DNA of 64,000 bases. It comes from Acidimicrobiia bacterium (lineage in GTDB: Bacteria > Actinomycetota > Acidimicrobiia > Spongiisociales > ZC4RG35). The position numbers and the translations under genes were made by a program. Location: assembly GCA_050741975.1 (NCBI GenBank), contig JBOGET010000043.1:14935-78934 (forward strand). Reading direction: 5' to 3'. The notes under the pieces were generated by a model that did no database searches, was not told the origin of the DNA, and saw only the letters and a program-made list of their open reading frames with translations. How positions within the stretch are numbered: position 1 is the first letter of the stretch; each line of letters starts with the position of its first letter. Of this stretch, positions 27,984 through 37,918 are shown piece by piece.

Positions 27984-28045
27984 TTGCGGGCGGACTCACT
28001 CCGAAAGGAGAGTGACCAACAATCCCCCCTCCCCGGCTGCGCCGG

Positions 28046-28103
28046 TTCTCCCCCCCTTCGGGGGGAGAAACTGAGTTCGCGTTTCCTCCCCCGGCGGGGG
28101 AGG
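28046..28103. terminator. Two GC-rich hairpins between convergent nfo and secDF (bidirectional terminator candidates)
   Basis: ttctcccccc-cttc-ggggggagaa (10-bp stem, 28046-28069) and cctccccc-ggc-gggggagg (8-bp stem, 28085-28103). Confidence 0.6.
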
Positions 28104-28149
28104 TGGCCCGGTGGGCCGGAGGGGGATTCACGTAACGCAGGACGCTCTC

Positions 28150-30435
28150 TCAATCGAAGATTCGTTTGGGGGCGGTCTTCTGCTTCTGGTGCTGACGCCG
28201 TTCCCCCGGCTTCGGCTCTTCCACCGGACGTGGCCATCTCTCCTCGAGGGCGATGGCGATCGGAGTCGCGGTGAAGACCGATGAGTAGGTGCCGACCAGG
28301 ATGCCAAGGAGGAGGGCCAGGGCGAAGTCGGCCAGGGTGTCCCCCCCGAGCACGTACAGGGCCACCAGGATCATGATCGCTCCCAACCCGGTGTTGATCG
28401 TCCTCGGCACCGTCTGCAGACAGGCCTCGTTGGCGATCCCGGCGAGAGGCTCCTCCGGTTGCTCCGACTGTTTCTCGCGGATCCGGTCGAAGATGACCAC
28501 CGAGTCGTTGATCGAGTACCCGATGATGGAGAGCAAAGCGGCGAGGAAGACACCGTCGAGGGTCTTGCCCAGCCAGGCGAACACCCCGATCACGATGATG
28601 ACGTCGTGGAACATCGAGAGCACTGCGGCGGTGCCGATGGTCCATCTGAACCGTACGGCCAGATAGGCAAGCTGCATGAGCAGGGCCAGACCTAGTGCGA
28701 TGAGGGCCCGGTTCCGTATCTCGACTCCGAGGGTGGGACCGACGAATTGGTCGCGCACCACGGTCACCTCGCCCCCGATTCCGGCCACCGTGTCCTCCAG
28801 GACCTGCTCCTGATCAGGGTCGAGCTGTTCGGTCCTGATGATGATGTTGCCCTGACCCGTCTCCTGGATCAGCGCCCGGGAAAGTCCGTGTTCGGCGAGG
28901 TCCTCGCGCAATGCGTCGAGATCGACCTCCTGTGTGGTTGTGAACTCCACGAGCCGCCCCCCGAGGAACTCCAGCCCGAAGTTCAGGCCACGCGCCAGTA
29001 TCCCTGCGACCGCGATGAGGACGATCACCGCCGAGATGACCAGCCAGCGTCGGTGGTTGGCGAACAGGTTCGGCCCCGAGGTGCGCAGCCACTCCTGCAG
29101 CCTCCGGCCCGCCGTCATCCCCATCAGGCCGGGGCGCTCCTCCAGTGCGTTGATCCTTGACAGCAGCTCGAGCAGCACCCTGGTCACCACCAATGCCGAG
29201 AACATCGAGACCAGGACGCCAATGGTCAGGGTGACGCCGAACCCGCGCACCGCTCCTGAGGCGAAGAAGAAGAGGAGGATCGCAGCGAGGAGAGTGGTGA
29301 CGTTGGCGTCGGCGATGGCACTCCATGCCCGCTGGAACCCGGTCACCAGCGATCGTCCCAACGAGGGGTCGACGGCGTATTCCTCCTTGGCCCGTTCGTA
29401 GACCAAGACGTTGGCGTCGACCGCCATGCCGATGGCGAGGATGAACCCGGCGATGCCGGGCAGGGTCAGGGTGGCGCCCAACGCGGCCAGCACCGCGTAC
29501 GAGAGCAGACCGTATGCCAACAGCGATATGGCGGCGGCGACCCCCATCAGCCGGTAGAAGGCGATCATGTAGAGGATGGTGAGCCCGGCGCCGATCAGCG
29601 CCGCCTGGAGACTGGCTTGGATTGCCGCCTCACCCAGGGAGGGGCCGATCGTCCCCCGTTCGATTACCTCGACCGGCACCGGCAGGGCGCCCGCCCGTAT
29701 CAACAGCGCCAACTCCCCGGCGCTTTCCTCATCGAAGTTGCCCGTGATCAGCGTCTCACCGCCGGTGATCCCGACGTTGCACTGCACCGACTCGGAGACC
29801 TGGGGGCTGGACAGAACGGTCCGGTCGAGCACGATGGCGATTCTTCGGCTGGGGTCCCCGAGTGGGGCACAAGCCGCCTCGGCGGTCAGCTCGGCCCACT
29901 GTTGCTCGCCCTCGGGGAGGAAGTTGATCGAGACCGCCCACCCCCGGCTGTCGAAGAGGGCGGCGGCGCTCTCCACCTGCTCACCGCTGACCGCCGTGGG
30001 GGCCAGCACCAGGTCCTCTCCGGGCTCGCCAGGAAGGACCAAATCATCTGATGCATCCTCGTCAGGAGCGGTGCCGGTTGCGATCGACTCGAGAACCGCG
30101 TGGAAGGTGAGCTGGGCGGTGCGCCCGATGACTTCCAGCGCCTGGTCGGGGTCGTCGAGCCCGGGCAACTCGATGATGATTCGGCGATCACCCGATATCT
30201 GGAGTGTGGGCTCCGCAACGCCGATGGCATCTACCCTGCGGCGCAGCACCTCCAAGGTGCGGGCCGTCACATCGCCGTCGACGGTGATCTCGGGTGTGTC
30301 CTGGGCCTCGAGGATGATCTGGGTCCCGCCGCGCAGGTCCAAACCCAGGCTGACCGGGTTGTTGAGGACGAAATAGACGGCGGCACCAATCGAGACCACG
30401 GTCCAGAACAGACGCCACCTGGACACTTTGGGCAT
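28150..30435 (-). CDS. secDF: Fused protein-export membrane protein SecD/SecF
   Basis: 761 aa with SecD-type N-terminal TM and periplasmic domain, then two six-TM bundles (GPSLG, GIAGFILAIGMAVDANVLV, INDSVVIFDRIRE). Confidence 0.9.
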   Translation of the reverse strand: MPKVSRWRLFWTVVSIGAAVYFVLNNPVSLGLDLRGGTQIILEAQDTPEITVDGDVTARTLEVLRRRVDAIGVAEPTLQISGDRRIIIELPGLDDPDQALEVIGRTAQLTFHAVLESIATGTAPDEDASDDLVLPGEPGEDLVLAPTAVSGEQVESAAALFDSRGWAVSINFLPEGEQQWAELTAEAACAPLGDPSRRIAIVLDRTVLSSPQVSESVQCNVGITGGETLITGNFDEESAGELALLIRAGALPVPVEVIERGTIGPSLGEAAIQASLQAALIGAGLTILYMIAFYRLMGVAAAISLLAYGLLSYAVLAALGATLTLPGIAGFILAIGMAVDANVLVYERAKEEYAVDPSLGRSLVTGFQRAWSAIADANVTTLLAAILLFFFASGAVRGFGVTLTIGVLVSMFSALVVTRVLLELLSRINALEERPGLMGMTAGRRLQEWLRTSGPNLFANHRRWLVISAVIVLIAVAGILARGLNFGLEFLGGRLVEFTTTQEVDLDALREDLAEHGLSRALIQETGQGNIIIRTEQLDPDQEQVLEDTVAGIGGEVTVVRDQFVGPTLGVEIRNRALIALGLALLMQLAYLAVRFRWTIGTAAVLSMFHDVIIVIGVFAWLGKTLDGVFLAALLSIIGYSINDSVVIFDRIREKQSEQPEEPLAGIANEACLQTVPRTINTGLGAIMILVALYVLGGDTLADFALALLLGILVGTYSSVFTATPIAIALEERWPRPVEEPKPGERRQHQKQKTAPKRIFD

Positions 30436-30577
30436 CGAGCATCCCTTCTGGTGTTCGGCGGAACCCGTGCATGCTATCGGCCCTCATCCGGCATGCCAGA
30501 TCGCCCGTTCTCGCCGGCCGATGCGCCGAACGCCCGGGCCCGAACCTGCAGTCGGCGCCACCCGGTATCCTGAATCC

Positions 30578-31426
30578 ATGCGCGAAAAGGTCACCGTTCC
30601 CACCATCAGGGCACGCAAGGGCGGTCCCAAGATCTCCATGGTCACCGCCTACGACTACCCGGGGGCGGTGATAGCCGACCGGGCCGGGGTTGACATCATC
30701 CTGGTTGGGGACTCGGCGGCCAATGTCGTCCACGGAATGACCACCACGCTCGAGTTCGGCATGGAGGAGACGATCATGCACTCCCGGGCGGTGAAGCGAG
30801 CCGACCCCATGGCGTTGTTCGTGGTGGACATGCCCTGGCTCAGCTTCCACATCTCGCCCGAGGACACCGTCGGCAACGCGGGACGCATCGTTCAGGAGGG
30901 CGGGGCCGAGGCGGTCAAGCTGGAAGGGGGGCGCAAGCGTCTGCCCATGATCGAGCGCATCCTCGACGCCGAGATCCCGGTGATGGGCCATCTCGGGCTG
31001 ACCCCGCAGTCGGTCCACACGATGGGTGGTTTCAAGGTCCAGGGGAAGATGGTCGACGCCGCCCAGGAGATCATCGAGGACGCCAGGGCGATCGCCGACG
31101 CCGGCTGTTTCTCGATCGTGCTCGAGGGGGTGCCCGACATACTCGGCGAGCTGATCACCAAGGAGGTCGACGTGCCCACGATCGGCATCGGAGCCGGGCC
31201 GGCCACCGACGGCCAGGTGCTCGTGTTCCACGATGTCCTCGGTCTCGGCTCGGGCAAGTACCCCAAGTTCGTGCGCAACTACGCCAATCTCGCCGACGAG
31301 GCGGTGGCCGCACTGGAGCGATATGTGGCCGACGTCGGCTCCGGCGACTTCCCGGGCGAGGACGAGAGCTATCACGTCTCCGAGGAGATCGCCGCCGAGA
31401 TGCTGAAGGGCCGATCTTCCGAGTAG
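30578..31426 (+). CDS. panB: 3-methyl-2-oxobutanoate hydroxymethyltransferase
   Basis: ISMVTAYDY, LVGDS and VKLEGG motifs. Start at ATG 30578. Confidence 0.92.
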   Translation: MREKVTVPTIRARKGGPKISMVTAYDYPGAVIADRAGVDIILVGDSAANVVHGMTTTLEFGMEETIMHSRAVKRADPMALFVVDMPWLSFHISPEDTVGNAGRIVQEGGAEAVKLEGGRKRLPMIERILDAEIPVMGHLGLTPQSVHTMGGFKVQGKMVDAAQEIIEDARAIADAGCFSIVLEGVPDILGELITKEVDVPTIGIGAGPATDGQVLVFHDVLGLGSGKYPKFVRNYANLADEAVAALERYVADVGSGDFPGEDESYHVSEEIAAEMLKGRSSE

Positions 31427-31440
31427 CGCCCCTTCTCCTG

Positions 31441-31923
31441 GTGGCGGCATGTGCCACGACCACCTCCACCACCACGACCTCGGCCCCACCGGCGGGGAGC
31501 GTCGCTCCGACCTCCGCTCCAGTCACGAGCGCGAACACCACATCTCCGACGCCCGCCCTCCCCACGTCCGAGGTGACGGTGGGAGGATCGACTCTGAATG
31601 TCTGGGTGGCAGACGAGCCGGAGGAGCGTCAACAGGGGCTGCGCGGTGTCTCCAGGCTGCCTGACGAGGTCGACGGGATGCTCTTCGTCTTCCCCGAGCC
31701 GGCCATCCCCACCTTCGTGATGTTGGGAGCGCTCATCCCCCTCGATCTTTGGTTCTTCGACGGAGAAGGCGCCCTCGCCGGCTCGGCAGAGATGGAGCCA
31801 TGCCCCGAGGAGCCATGCCCCCGCTATCCGGCGCCCGGGCCGGTGACCCGAGCCCTGGAGACGCCGCTCGGCGAGCACGACTTCCAGCCGGGTGACGGGC
31901 TGTCGACTTCCGCATCGGGGTGA
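31441..31923 (+). CDS. DUF192 family protein
   Basis: Core motifs ..V.VADEPEERQQGL and GMLFVF....FVM....IPLD. Start uncertain: a lipobox-like LLLVAAC spans the GTG 31441, but no canonical in-frame start lies upstream. Confidence 0.65.
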   Translation: MAACATTTSTTTTSAPPAGSVAPTSAPVTSANTTSPTPALPTSEVTVGGSTLNVWVADEPEERQQGLRGVSRLPDEVDGMLFVFPEPAIPTFVMLGALIPLDLWFFDGEGALAGSAEMEPCPEEPCPRYPAPGPVTRALETPLGEHDFQPGDGLSTSASG

Positions 31924-32035
31924 GATCCCTCTACAATCCGGTCTCCGCACCGACGTCTCGCGCCGTTCGGTTGCGTGAAACCCCTGCCCCACCGGGTTGG
32001 TGGGGCCTTCCATACGGATGTCCACAGGAGGTGAC

Positions 32036-32323
32036 ATGCGCGACTATGAGGTAATGACGATCCATCGGCCCGACCTGGCCGAGGACGAGGTCGAGGTCAG
32101 GATCACCGACCTGGAATCGCATCTCTCCGGTCAGGGAGCCAGCGTCGATGGGCATGATCTGTGGGGCAAGCGCCGCTTCGCCTATGAGATCGACCATCTC
32201 TCCGAGGGTTACTACTCGGTGGTCACTTTCCAGGGGGAGGCGGCTGCCGTCGATTCACTCGATCGAATGCTGTCACTGGCCGACGATGTGGTTCGACACA
32301 AGATCGTGCGCAAGGGCGCATGA
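32036..32323 (+). CDS. rpsF: 30S ribosomal protein S6
   Basis: MRDYEVMTIHRPDL..., aggagg RBS upstream, in the rpsF-ssb-rpsR-rplI operon. Confidence 0.93.
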   Translation: MRDYEVMTIHRPDLAEDEVEVRITDLESHLSGQGASVDGHDLWGKRRFAYEIDHLSEGYYSVVTFQGEAAAVDSLDRMLSLADDVVRHKIVRKGA

Positions 32324-32385
32324 CTGGAATCCGTCCCGGTGTCACGGCATGATCGACACCGGGACGTGAGAAGAGGAGATTTCAC

Positions 32386-32841
32386 ATGTCGAACAACGTC
32401 ACATTGATAGGCAACCTGGTCGATGACCCCGAGCTGCGCTTCACCCCCTCCGGGGTGGCGATGGCCAAGGTCCGTCTCGCCGTGAACCGCCGTTGGCGGG
32501 GCAACGACGGGGAATGGCAGGAGGACACCAGCTTCTTCACCGGCACCGTATGGCGGGAGCAAGCCGAGAGCGCCGCAGAGTCGCTGCAGAAGGGGACCAG
32601 GGTCATCGTGACCGGTCGTCTCGAGCAGCGGAGCTGGGAGACCGAGCAGGGCGACAAGCGTTCTGTGGTCGAGATCCAGATCGACGAGATCGGCCCCTCG
32701 CTGCGCTGGGCCACCGCCTCGGTCAACAAAACCCAGCGCTCCGGCGGCGAGTGGGGGGGTGCCGCCGGCGGCCAGGGCGCCGATGTCCCACCGGCCCCGG
32801 TGGCAAGAGAGAGCTACGGGCCCGACGAGGCACCGTTCTGA
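32386..32841 (+). CDS. ssb: Single-stranded DNA-binding protein
   Basis: OB-fold N-terminus (NNVTLIGNLVDDPELRFT.SG), Gly-rich tail and acidic C-terminus (DEAPF). Confidence 0.95.
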   Translation: MSNNVTLIGNLVDDPELRFTPSGVAMAKVRLAVNRRWRGNDGEWQEDTSFFTGTVWREQAESAAESLQKGTRVIVTGRLEQRSWETEQGDKRSVVEIQIDEIGPSLRWATASVNKTQRSGGEWGGAAGGQGADVPPAPVARESYGPDEAPF

Positions 32842-32862
32842 TTTAGGAGTTACTGAGAGCAA

Positions 32863-33135
32863 ATGGCGAGAAAGAGCACCAACAACCCGCGCCCCAAGCG
32901 GCGTCGGGGCATGGAGATGCGCCGGGGCCGTCCCAAGCCCTGTGCCTTCTGCAAACAGCAGGTCGAGTACATCGACTGGAAGGACGTCTCCGTCCTGCGC
33001 AAGTACGTGTCCGATCGGGGCAAGATCCGGGGGCGGCGGGTGAACGGCAACTGCCCGACCCATCAGCGTGAGGTGGCCAACGCCATCAAGAACGCCCGTG
33101 AGATGGCTCTCCTCCCCTATCTGAGCACCCGATGA
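32863..33135 (+). CDS. rpsR: 30S ribosomal protein S18
   Basis: C.FC......IDWKD...L.KY.S.RGKI..RR..G.C..HQR....AIK.ARE.ALLPY. Confidence 0.95.
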   Translation: MARKSTNNPRPKRRRGMEMRRGRPKPCAFCKQQVEYIDWKDVSVLRKYVSDRGKIRGRRVNGNCPTHQREVANAIKNAREMALLPYLSTR

Positions 33136-33581
33136 AGCTGATCCTCATCTCCGACGTCTCAGAGCTGGGAAAGCGCGGCGACGTGGTCGATGTGGCCGAG
33201 GGCTACGCCCGCAACTACCTGCTTCCCAGGAAGAAGGCGGTGAAGGCAAACGAGGGCGCCCTGGCCCAGGCGGAGGCGATCCGCGAGGCCCGCATCGAAG
33301 CCGAGCGCAAGGCCAAGGACGAGGCAGAGCGTCTAGCCACCCAGCTCGTGGGGAGCCGGGTCGTGATCGCCGCTCAAGCCGGTGACGAGGGCCAGCTCTA
33401 CGGGTCGATCGCAGTGGGCGACGTGGTGGAGGGTGTGCGTCGGTTCACCGGGATCGAGTTGGAGCGGGGTGTGGTCGAGATCCCCCAACCGATCAAGGCC
33501 ATCGGTCTCCACGAGATCCACATCAAACTCCATCCCGAAGTGGAGTTCCCCCTTACCCTGGACGTGATCCCGGCCTCCTGA
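33132..33581 (+). CDS. rplI: 50S ribosomal protein L9
   Basis: [38 protein letters not shown] overlap with rpsR. Confidence 0.95.
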   Translation: MKLILISDVSELGKRGDVVDVAEGYARNYLLPRKKAVKANEGALAQAEAIREARIEAERKAKDEAERLATQLVGSRVVIAAQAGDEGQLYGSIAVGDVVEGVRRFTGIELERGVVEIPQPIKAIGLHEIHIKLHPEVEFPLTLDVIPAS

Positions 33582-33591
33582 ACGCGTTCCT

Positions 33592-33627
33592 AATGCAGGG
33601 CGTTACGCATGTGTGACGCCCTGCATT
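33592..33627 (+). terminator. Hairpin after rplI (12-bp perfect stem, 12-nt loop)
   Basis: aatgcagggcgt-tacgcatgtgtg-acgccctgcatt. No U-tract follows, so terminator function is uncertain. Shares words with 53395-53441. Confidence 0.45.
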
Positions 33628-33851
33628 GAGAAGGGCGTGGCGGCGCTCATCAACGGCGAGTTTCGCGATCTTCCTGTGAATGTCTTCCACCGCGAAAAAC
33701 AAACACGGGATCTGCTGGATCGACCGCCCGCTCCGGTCTAAGTTCTGTTCGCTTCCCCCCGAAGCTGGTTCGATCTTCCCCCAACCCATGCGTGGTTCGG
33801 CGCGCCACTTCGCGAAATCTGTCACACCCGTGTTGTTGGATGAGGACACAG

Positions 33852-35204
33852 ATGAGCGGCATCACCGATCAGGGCCAGATGAGGCCCGGCTACCGAAACC
33901 CGCCCCATTCCAGGGAGGCGGAAGAGTCGGTGATCGGGGCGGTTCTACTCTCCGAGGAGGCGGTCAACGAGGTGATGGACCGACTCCATCCTCCCGACTT
34001 CTATGTCCCGGCCCATCAGGCCATCTTCGAGGCGATGCGGGAGCTGTTCGACGGCAACCAGGCCATTGACGCCGTCACCGTCTCCGAGGCTCTACGTCGT
34101 CGAGGTGAGCTGGAGAAGATCGGCGGTGTCTCTTACCTGGCCCGTCTCGTCGACATCGTCCCCTCCACCTCGAACATCCTCTATTACGCCGGGATCGTCG
34201 AGGAGCACGCCAAACGACGGGAGCTGATCCGGGCCGGCGCCTCGGTCACCGACGTCGCCTTCGACATCGACGAGGAGATCGCCCACGTTCTCGATCGGGC
34301 GGAGCAGGCGGTGCTCTCCGTGGCCGAGCGTCGCAGCGCCCAGACCTTGCTCGAGGTGGGACCGCTGTTCAGCGATGTTCTGGAGCACATCGAGCTCCTC
34401 GAGCAGAGAGGCTCCGAGTTGACCGGTCTCGCCACCGGTTTCGTCGACCTGGACAAGAAGCTGGCCGGTCTCCAGTCGGCGAATCTGGTGGTCATCGCAG
34501 CGCGGCCGGCCATGGGCAAATCGAGCATGGCTCTCGGGATCGCGATCAACGCCGCCACCCAGGGAGAGCCGGTGGCCATCTTCTCCTTGGAGATGTCCAA
34601 GGAAGAGATCGTGCACCGCATCTTGTCGTCGGTGGGCCGGGTTGACTCGATGAAGCTCCGCTCCGGCCAACTCGGCCCGCTGTGGCAGAGGGTGGTCGAT
34701 GCCGCCGGGAAGATGTACCAAACGCCTATCTTCATCGACGACTCCCCGGTCGTCACCGTGACCGACATCAGGGCCAAGTGCCGCCGCCTCAAGCGGAAGA
34801 AGGGTCTGTCCCTCGTCGTCATCGACTACTTGCAACTGATGGAGGCGTCCAGCCGGGAGAACCGCCAGCAGGAAATCTCAGAGATTACCCGGAACCTCAA
34901 GAACCTCGCCCGGGAGCTGGAGGTCCCGGTCATCGCCGTCTCCCAGCTCAACCGCTCGCTGGAGACCAGGGAGGACAAACGACCGCGTCTCTCCGACCTA
35001 CGCGAAAGCGGCAGCATCGAGCAGGACGCCGACGTCGTGATGTTCATCTACCGCCATGAGTACTACCACCCGGAGGAACAGGAGAAGAAGGGAATCGCCG
35101 AGGTGATCGTGGCCAAGCATCGAGCCGGCGCGACCGGTCCGGTCGAGATGACCTTCCAGCCCGAGTTCACCCGGTTCGCCAACCTGGGGCGCGACGTCAG
35201 CTAA
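33852..35204 (+). CDS. dnaB: Replicative DNA helicase
   Basis: PHSREAEESVIGAVLL N-terminal motif, Walker A ARPAMGKSS, Walker B LVVIDYLQLM. Normal length with no intein. Start at ATG 33852 or 33840. Confidence 0.93.
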   Translation: MSGITDQGQMRPGYRNPPHSREAEESVIGAVLLSEEAVNEVMDRLHPPDFYVPAHQAIFEAMRELFDGNQAIDAVTVSEALRRRGELEKIGGVSYLARLVDIVPSTSNILYYAGIVEEHAKRRELIRAGASVTDVAFDIDEEIAHVLDRAEQAVLSVAERRSAQTLLEVGPLFSDVLEHIELLEQRGSELTGLATGFVDLDKKLAGLQSANLVVIAARPAMGKSSMALGIAINAATQGEPVAIFSLEMSKEEIVHRILSSVGRVDSMKLRSGQLGPLWQRVVDAAGKMYQTPIFIDDSPVVTVTDIRAKCRRLKRKKGLSLVVIDYLQLMEASSRENRQQEISEITRNLKNLARELEVPVIAVSQLNRSLETREDKRPRLSDLRESGSIEQDADVVMFIYRHEYYHPEEQEKKGIAEVIVAKHRAGATGPVEMTFQPEFTRFANLGRDVS

Positions 35205-35683
35205 CCCCGGGCTGCACCCGCCTCGAGGGCTCGGTCGATCGTCTCGAACGCCTCCGACGCCGGTCGCCATCCCAACGTGGCCGTCTTCTTGTCCTCCAAT
35301 TCCTTGTACACGGCGAAGAAATGTTCTAGCTCCTGCAGCAGATGCTGGGGCACGTCGTCGAGGTCGGACGCGTCACGCCACAGGAGGTCGCCGTCGGGCA
35401 CCGCCAGCACCTTGTGGTCGGCGTGTCCCTGGTCCTCCATGAGGAACAGACCGATCGGGCGGACCCTGATCCGACAGCCGGGAAAGGTGGGCTCCGACAC
35501 CAGTGCGAGGATGTCGAGGGGGTCGCCGTCGTCGGCATGGGTGTCGGGTATGAACCCGTAGTCGGCCGGGTACCGAGTGGCGGTGAACAACATCCGGTCG
35601 AGGAAGATCTCCCCTGTCTCATGATCGGTCTCGTATTTGTTCCTGCTCCCCTTGGGGATCTCGACGATCATGGTGACCAGCAC
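35201..35683 (-). CDS. ppa: Inorganic pyrophosphatase
   Basis: IEIPKGSRNKYE.DHE.G, YPADYGFIPDT..DDGDPLD. Start at GTG 35683 or ATG 35671. Confidence 0.9.
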   Translation of the reverse strand: MLVTMIVEIPKGSRNKYETDHETGEIFLDRMLFTATRYPADYGFIPDTHADDGDPLDILALVSEPTFPGCRIRVRPIGLFLMEDQGHADHKVLAVPDGDLLWRDASDLDDVPQHLLQELEHFFAVYKELEDKKTATLGWRPASEAFETIDRALEAGAARG

Positions 35684-35805
35684 GGCTACGACTGTACAGA
35701 CCGCTAGTGTCGCCCGGTTGTGCCTCATCTGTGTGGCCGCGCCATCGCCGCGGCCAGCCCTCCCGCCTCCCATTCGCTCCCATTCGGCCCGAGACAGACC
35801 ACGAC

Positions 35806-37689
35806 ATGACAGTCACCAAGAAGCGCGGCAAGCGCTATCTCCTCATGATGTCCGTAGGTGCCCTCGGCATCGTGTACGGGGACATCGGCACCAGCCCCCT
35901 GTATGCCTTCCGGGAGTCGTTCCGCGTTGCCGAAGGCCTCGGGGTGGAACGGGCCAGTATCTTCGGCGTGCTCTCCCTGATGTTCTGGGCCCTGGTCCTG
36001 GTGGTCTCCATCAAATACCTGGTCTTCGTGATAAGGGCGGACAACCACGGCGAGGGCGGCATCCTGGCCCTCACCGCTCTCATCGTTCCCAGACGCAGAG
36101 CGCCAACCACGGGTTTGCGTTGGGCGCTGGTCCTCCTCGGGCTGTTCGGCACAGCCCTCCTCTATGGCGACGGGATCATCACCCCGGCGATCTCCGTCCT
36201 CTCGGCGGTCGAGGGTCTCGAGGTGGCGGCCCCGCAGTTGGAGCCATATGTGATCCCGATCGCGGTGATCATCCTGATCGCGTTGTTCAGTATCCAGCGC
36301 GCCGGGACCGCCACCGTGGGCGCCATCTTCGGGCCGGTCATGATCGTGTGGTTCACGGTCCTGGCCCTCCTCGGCGGCTATCACGTGCTGCAGGAACCCG
36401 GGGTGCTGGCGGCGGTCAATCCGGCCCACGGGGTGCGGCTCGTCGCAGACAGCCCACGGCTGGCGTTTCTCGCGCTAGGAGCCATCTTCCTGGTGGTCAC
36501 CGGAAGCGAGGCCCTGTACGCCGACATGGGTCACTTCGGGAAGAGGCCGATCCGTCTCGGGTGGTACATCGTGGTCTTCCCCGCCCTCGTCCTCAACTAC
36601 TTCGGGCAGGGGGCGATGCTCATCGCCGACCCGGGCGCCATCGACAACCCGTTCTTTCGCATGTCACCGGGCTGGGCGGTGCTCCCCCTGGTGATCCTGG
36701 CCACCATGGCTACCGTCATCGCTTCCCAGGCGCTCATCTCGGGCGCCTACTCGTTGACCATGCAGGCTGTGCAACTGGGGTACCTGCCCCGCTTCGACAT
36801 CGACCACACCTCACCTCGTGAGATCGGCCAGGTGTACATCGCCACCGTCAATTGGGGCTTGATGATCGCCTGTGTCGGTCTGGTCCTCACCTTTCGCAGC
36901 TCGAGCAATCTCGCCGCCGCCTACGGCGTCGCCGTCACTACCACCATGGTCATCACCACAGTCCTCCTCTATTACGTGATGCGGGAGCGATGGAAATGGT
37001 CCGCGGCCGTCAGCAGGTCCCTCACTGCCCTGTTCATGGTCATAGACCTCTCGTTCTTCAGCGCCAACATCATCAAAGTCCCGGCCGGCGGGTGGTTCCC
37101 ATTGGTGGTGGGGGCGGTGATGTTCACGATAATGACCACCTGGAAGACCGGGCGGCGCCGGCTCGCAGCAGCCCTCAAGAGAGGCGAGCTACCCATCGAG
37201 CGCTTCATCGGGTCGATCACGACTCATCCCCAGGTTCGGGTCCCCGGCACCGCGGTCTACCTGTTCCCCGATCCCGGGATCGCTCCGCCGGCCCTACTGG
37301 CCAACCTGCGCCACAACGAGGTCCTCCATGAGACGGTGGTCCTGGTGGCGGTGCAGACTTCGACCGTGCCCCGGGTGCCGCAGGTGCGAAGGGCGACGGT
37401 GCACGACCTGGGGGAGGGCTTCGTGCAGGTGGTGCTCCACTTCGGGTTCATGGATGAGCCCGACGTGCCCAGGGCCTTGGCCAACATCGTCGACCCCGAG
37501 TTCGGATTCGACCCCGAGGACGCCACCTACTTCGTGGGGCGAGAGACAATCATCTCCAAGAGTCGGGGCCTCGGGCGGATACGGGCTGCGCTCTACGGTC
37601 TGATGCATCGCAATGCCTCGAGTGCCGTTCAGTACTTCAGCCTCCCCCCGAGACATGTCATCGAGATCGGCAAACAGGTGGCTTTGTGA
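35806..37689 (+). CDS. kup: KUP/HAK/KT family potassium transporter
   Basis: GALGIVYGDIGTSPLY, GEGGILAL and EALYADMGHFG motifs. Start at ATG 35806. Confidence 0.92.
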   Translation: MTVTKKRGKRYLLMMSVGALGIVYGDIGTSPLYAFRESFRVAEGLGVERASIFGVLSLMFWALVLVVSIKYLVFVIRADNHGEGGILALTALIVPRRRAPTTGLRWALVLLGLFGTALLYGDGIITPAISVLSAVEGLEVAAPQLEPYVIPIAVIILIALFSIQRAGTATVGAIFGPVMIVWFTVLALLGGYHVLQEPGVLAAVNPAHGVRLVADSPRLAFLALGAIFLVVTGSEALYADMGHFGKRPIRLGWYIVVFPALVLNYFGQGAMLIADPGAIDNPFFRMSPGWAVLPLVILATMATVIASQALISGAYSLTMQAVQLGYLPRFDIDHTSPREIGQVYIATVNWGLMIACVGLVLTFRSSSNLAAAYGVAVTTTMVITTVLLYYVMRERWKWSAAVSRSLTALFMVIDLSFFSANIIKVPAGGWFPLVVGAVMFTIMTTWKTGRRRLAAALKRGELPIERFIGSITTHPQVRVPGTAVYLFPDPGIAPPALLANLRHNEVLHETVVLVAVQTSTVPRVPQVRRATVHDLGEGFVQVVLHFGFMDEPDVPRALANIVDPEFGFDPEDATYFVGRETIISKSRGLGRIRAALYGLMHRNASSAVQYFSLPPRHVIEIGKQVAL

Positions 37690-37717
37690 TGTGCCGACGA
37701 GATACGAGAGGACGCCG

Positions 37718-37888
37718 ATGAAGGCCGTCGAGGGGATTGTCGACGAGAGGGAGTCGATGGCCGATCTGACCATGGAGGAGGTTGCCAAGGTCGGCTCGCT
37801 GATCGGCTCCGTCTCCACCGTATGCACTCCGGATCGGGCCGAGAAGTCCTTCTCCCAGGACAAGGTGAACGACTTCCTCAGCGGCTGA
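37718..37888 (+). CDS. Hypothetical small protein (56 aa; 65 aa from GTG 37691)
   Basis: G/C-ending codons dominate. Lies 29 nt after the kup stop and is followed by a strong hairpin at 37919-37940. No family recognised. Confidence 0.35.
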   Translation: MKAVEGIVDERESMADLTMEEVAKVGSLIGSVSTVCTPDRAEKSFSQDKVNDFLSG

Positions 37889-37918
37889 GGACGGCACATT
37901 TTGGGCCATCTTTCCCGC

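Noticed and set aside
31399-31441. A lipoprotein signal for the DUF192 protein starting at ATG 31400 inside the panB 3' end
   Set aside because: That ATG is in the panB frame and meets the panB stop, so joining it to the LLLVAAC lipobox would require a frameshift and also conflicts with a normal panB C-terminus. The GTG 31441 start is kept and flagged as uncertain.
33751-33800. 6C-RNA-like C-rich hairpin loops upstream of dnaB (gcttc-ccccc-gaagc, then cttcccccaaccc)
   Set aside because: Only one short hairpin with a C-loop is convincing, the second stem is weak, and the location is not one I can tie to the 6C family. This is too little evidence to call an ncRNA.
35684-35805. Possible riboswitch upstream of kup
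   Set aside because: Only about 120 bp is shared with the divergent ppa promoter, and no recognisable riboswitch core is present.
37718-37888. Lanthipeptide/RiPP precursor idea for the small ORF (Ser/Thr/Cys-containing stretch SLIGSVSTVCT after an acidic leader-like part)
   Set aside because: No modifying enzyme, protease or dedicated transporter lies nearby. The neighbours are kup and dcd, and the C-terminal half is charged and unlike a core peptide.
37897-37908. 12-mer cacattttgggc shared with 51492-51503 next to the right att repeat
   Set aside because: A single 12-nt match in 64 kb is within chance expectation, and there is no extended similarity around it.
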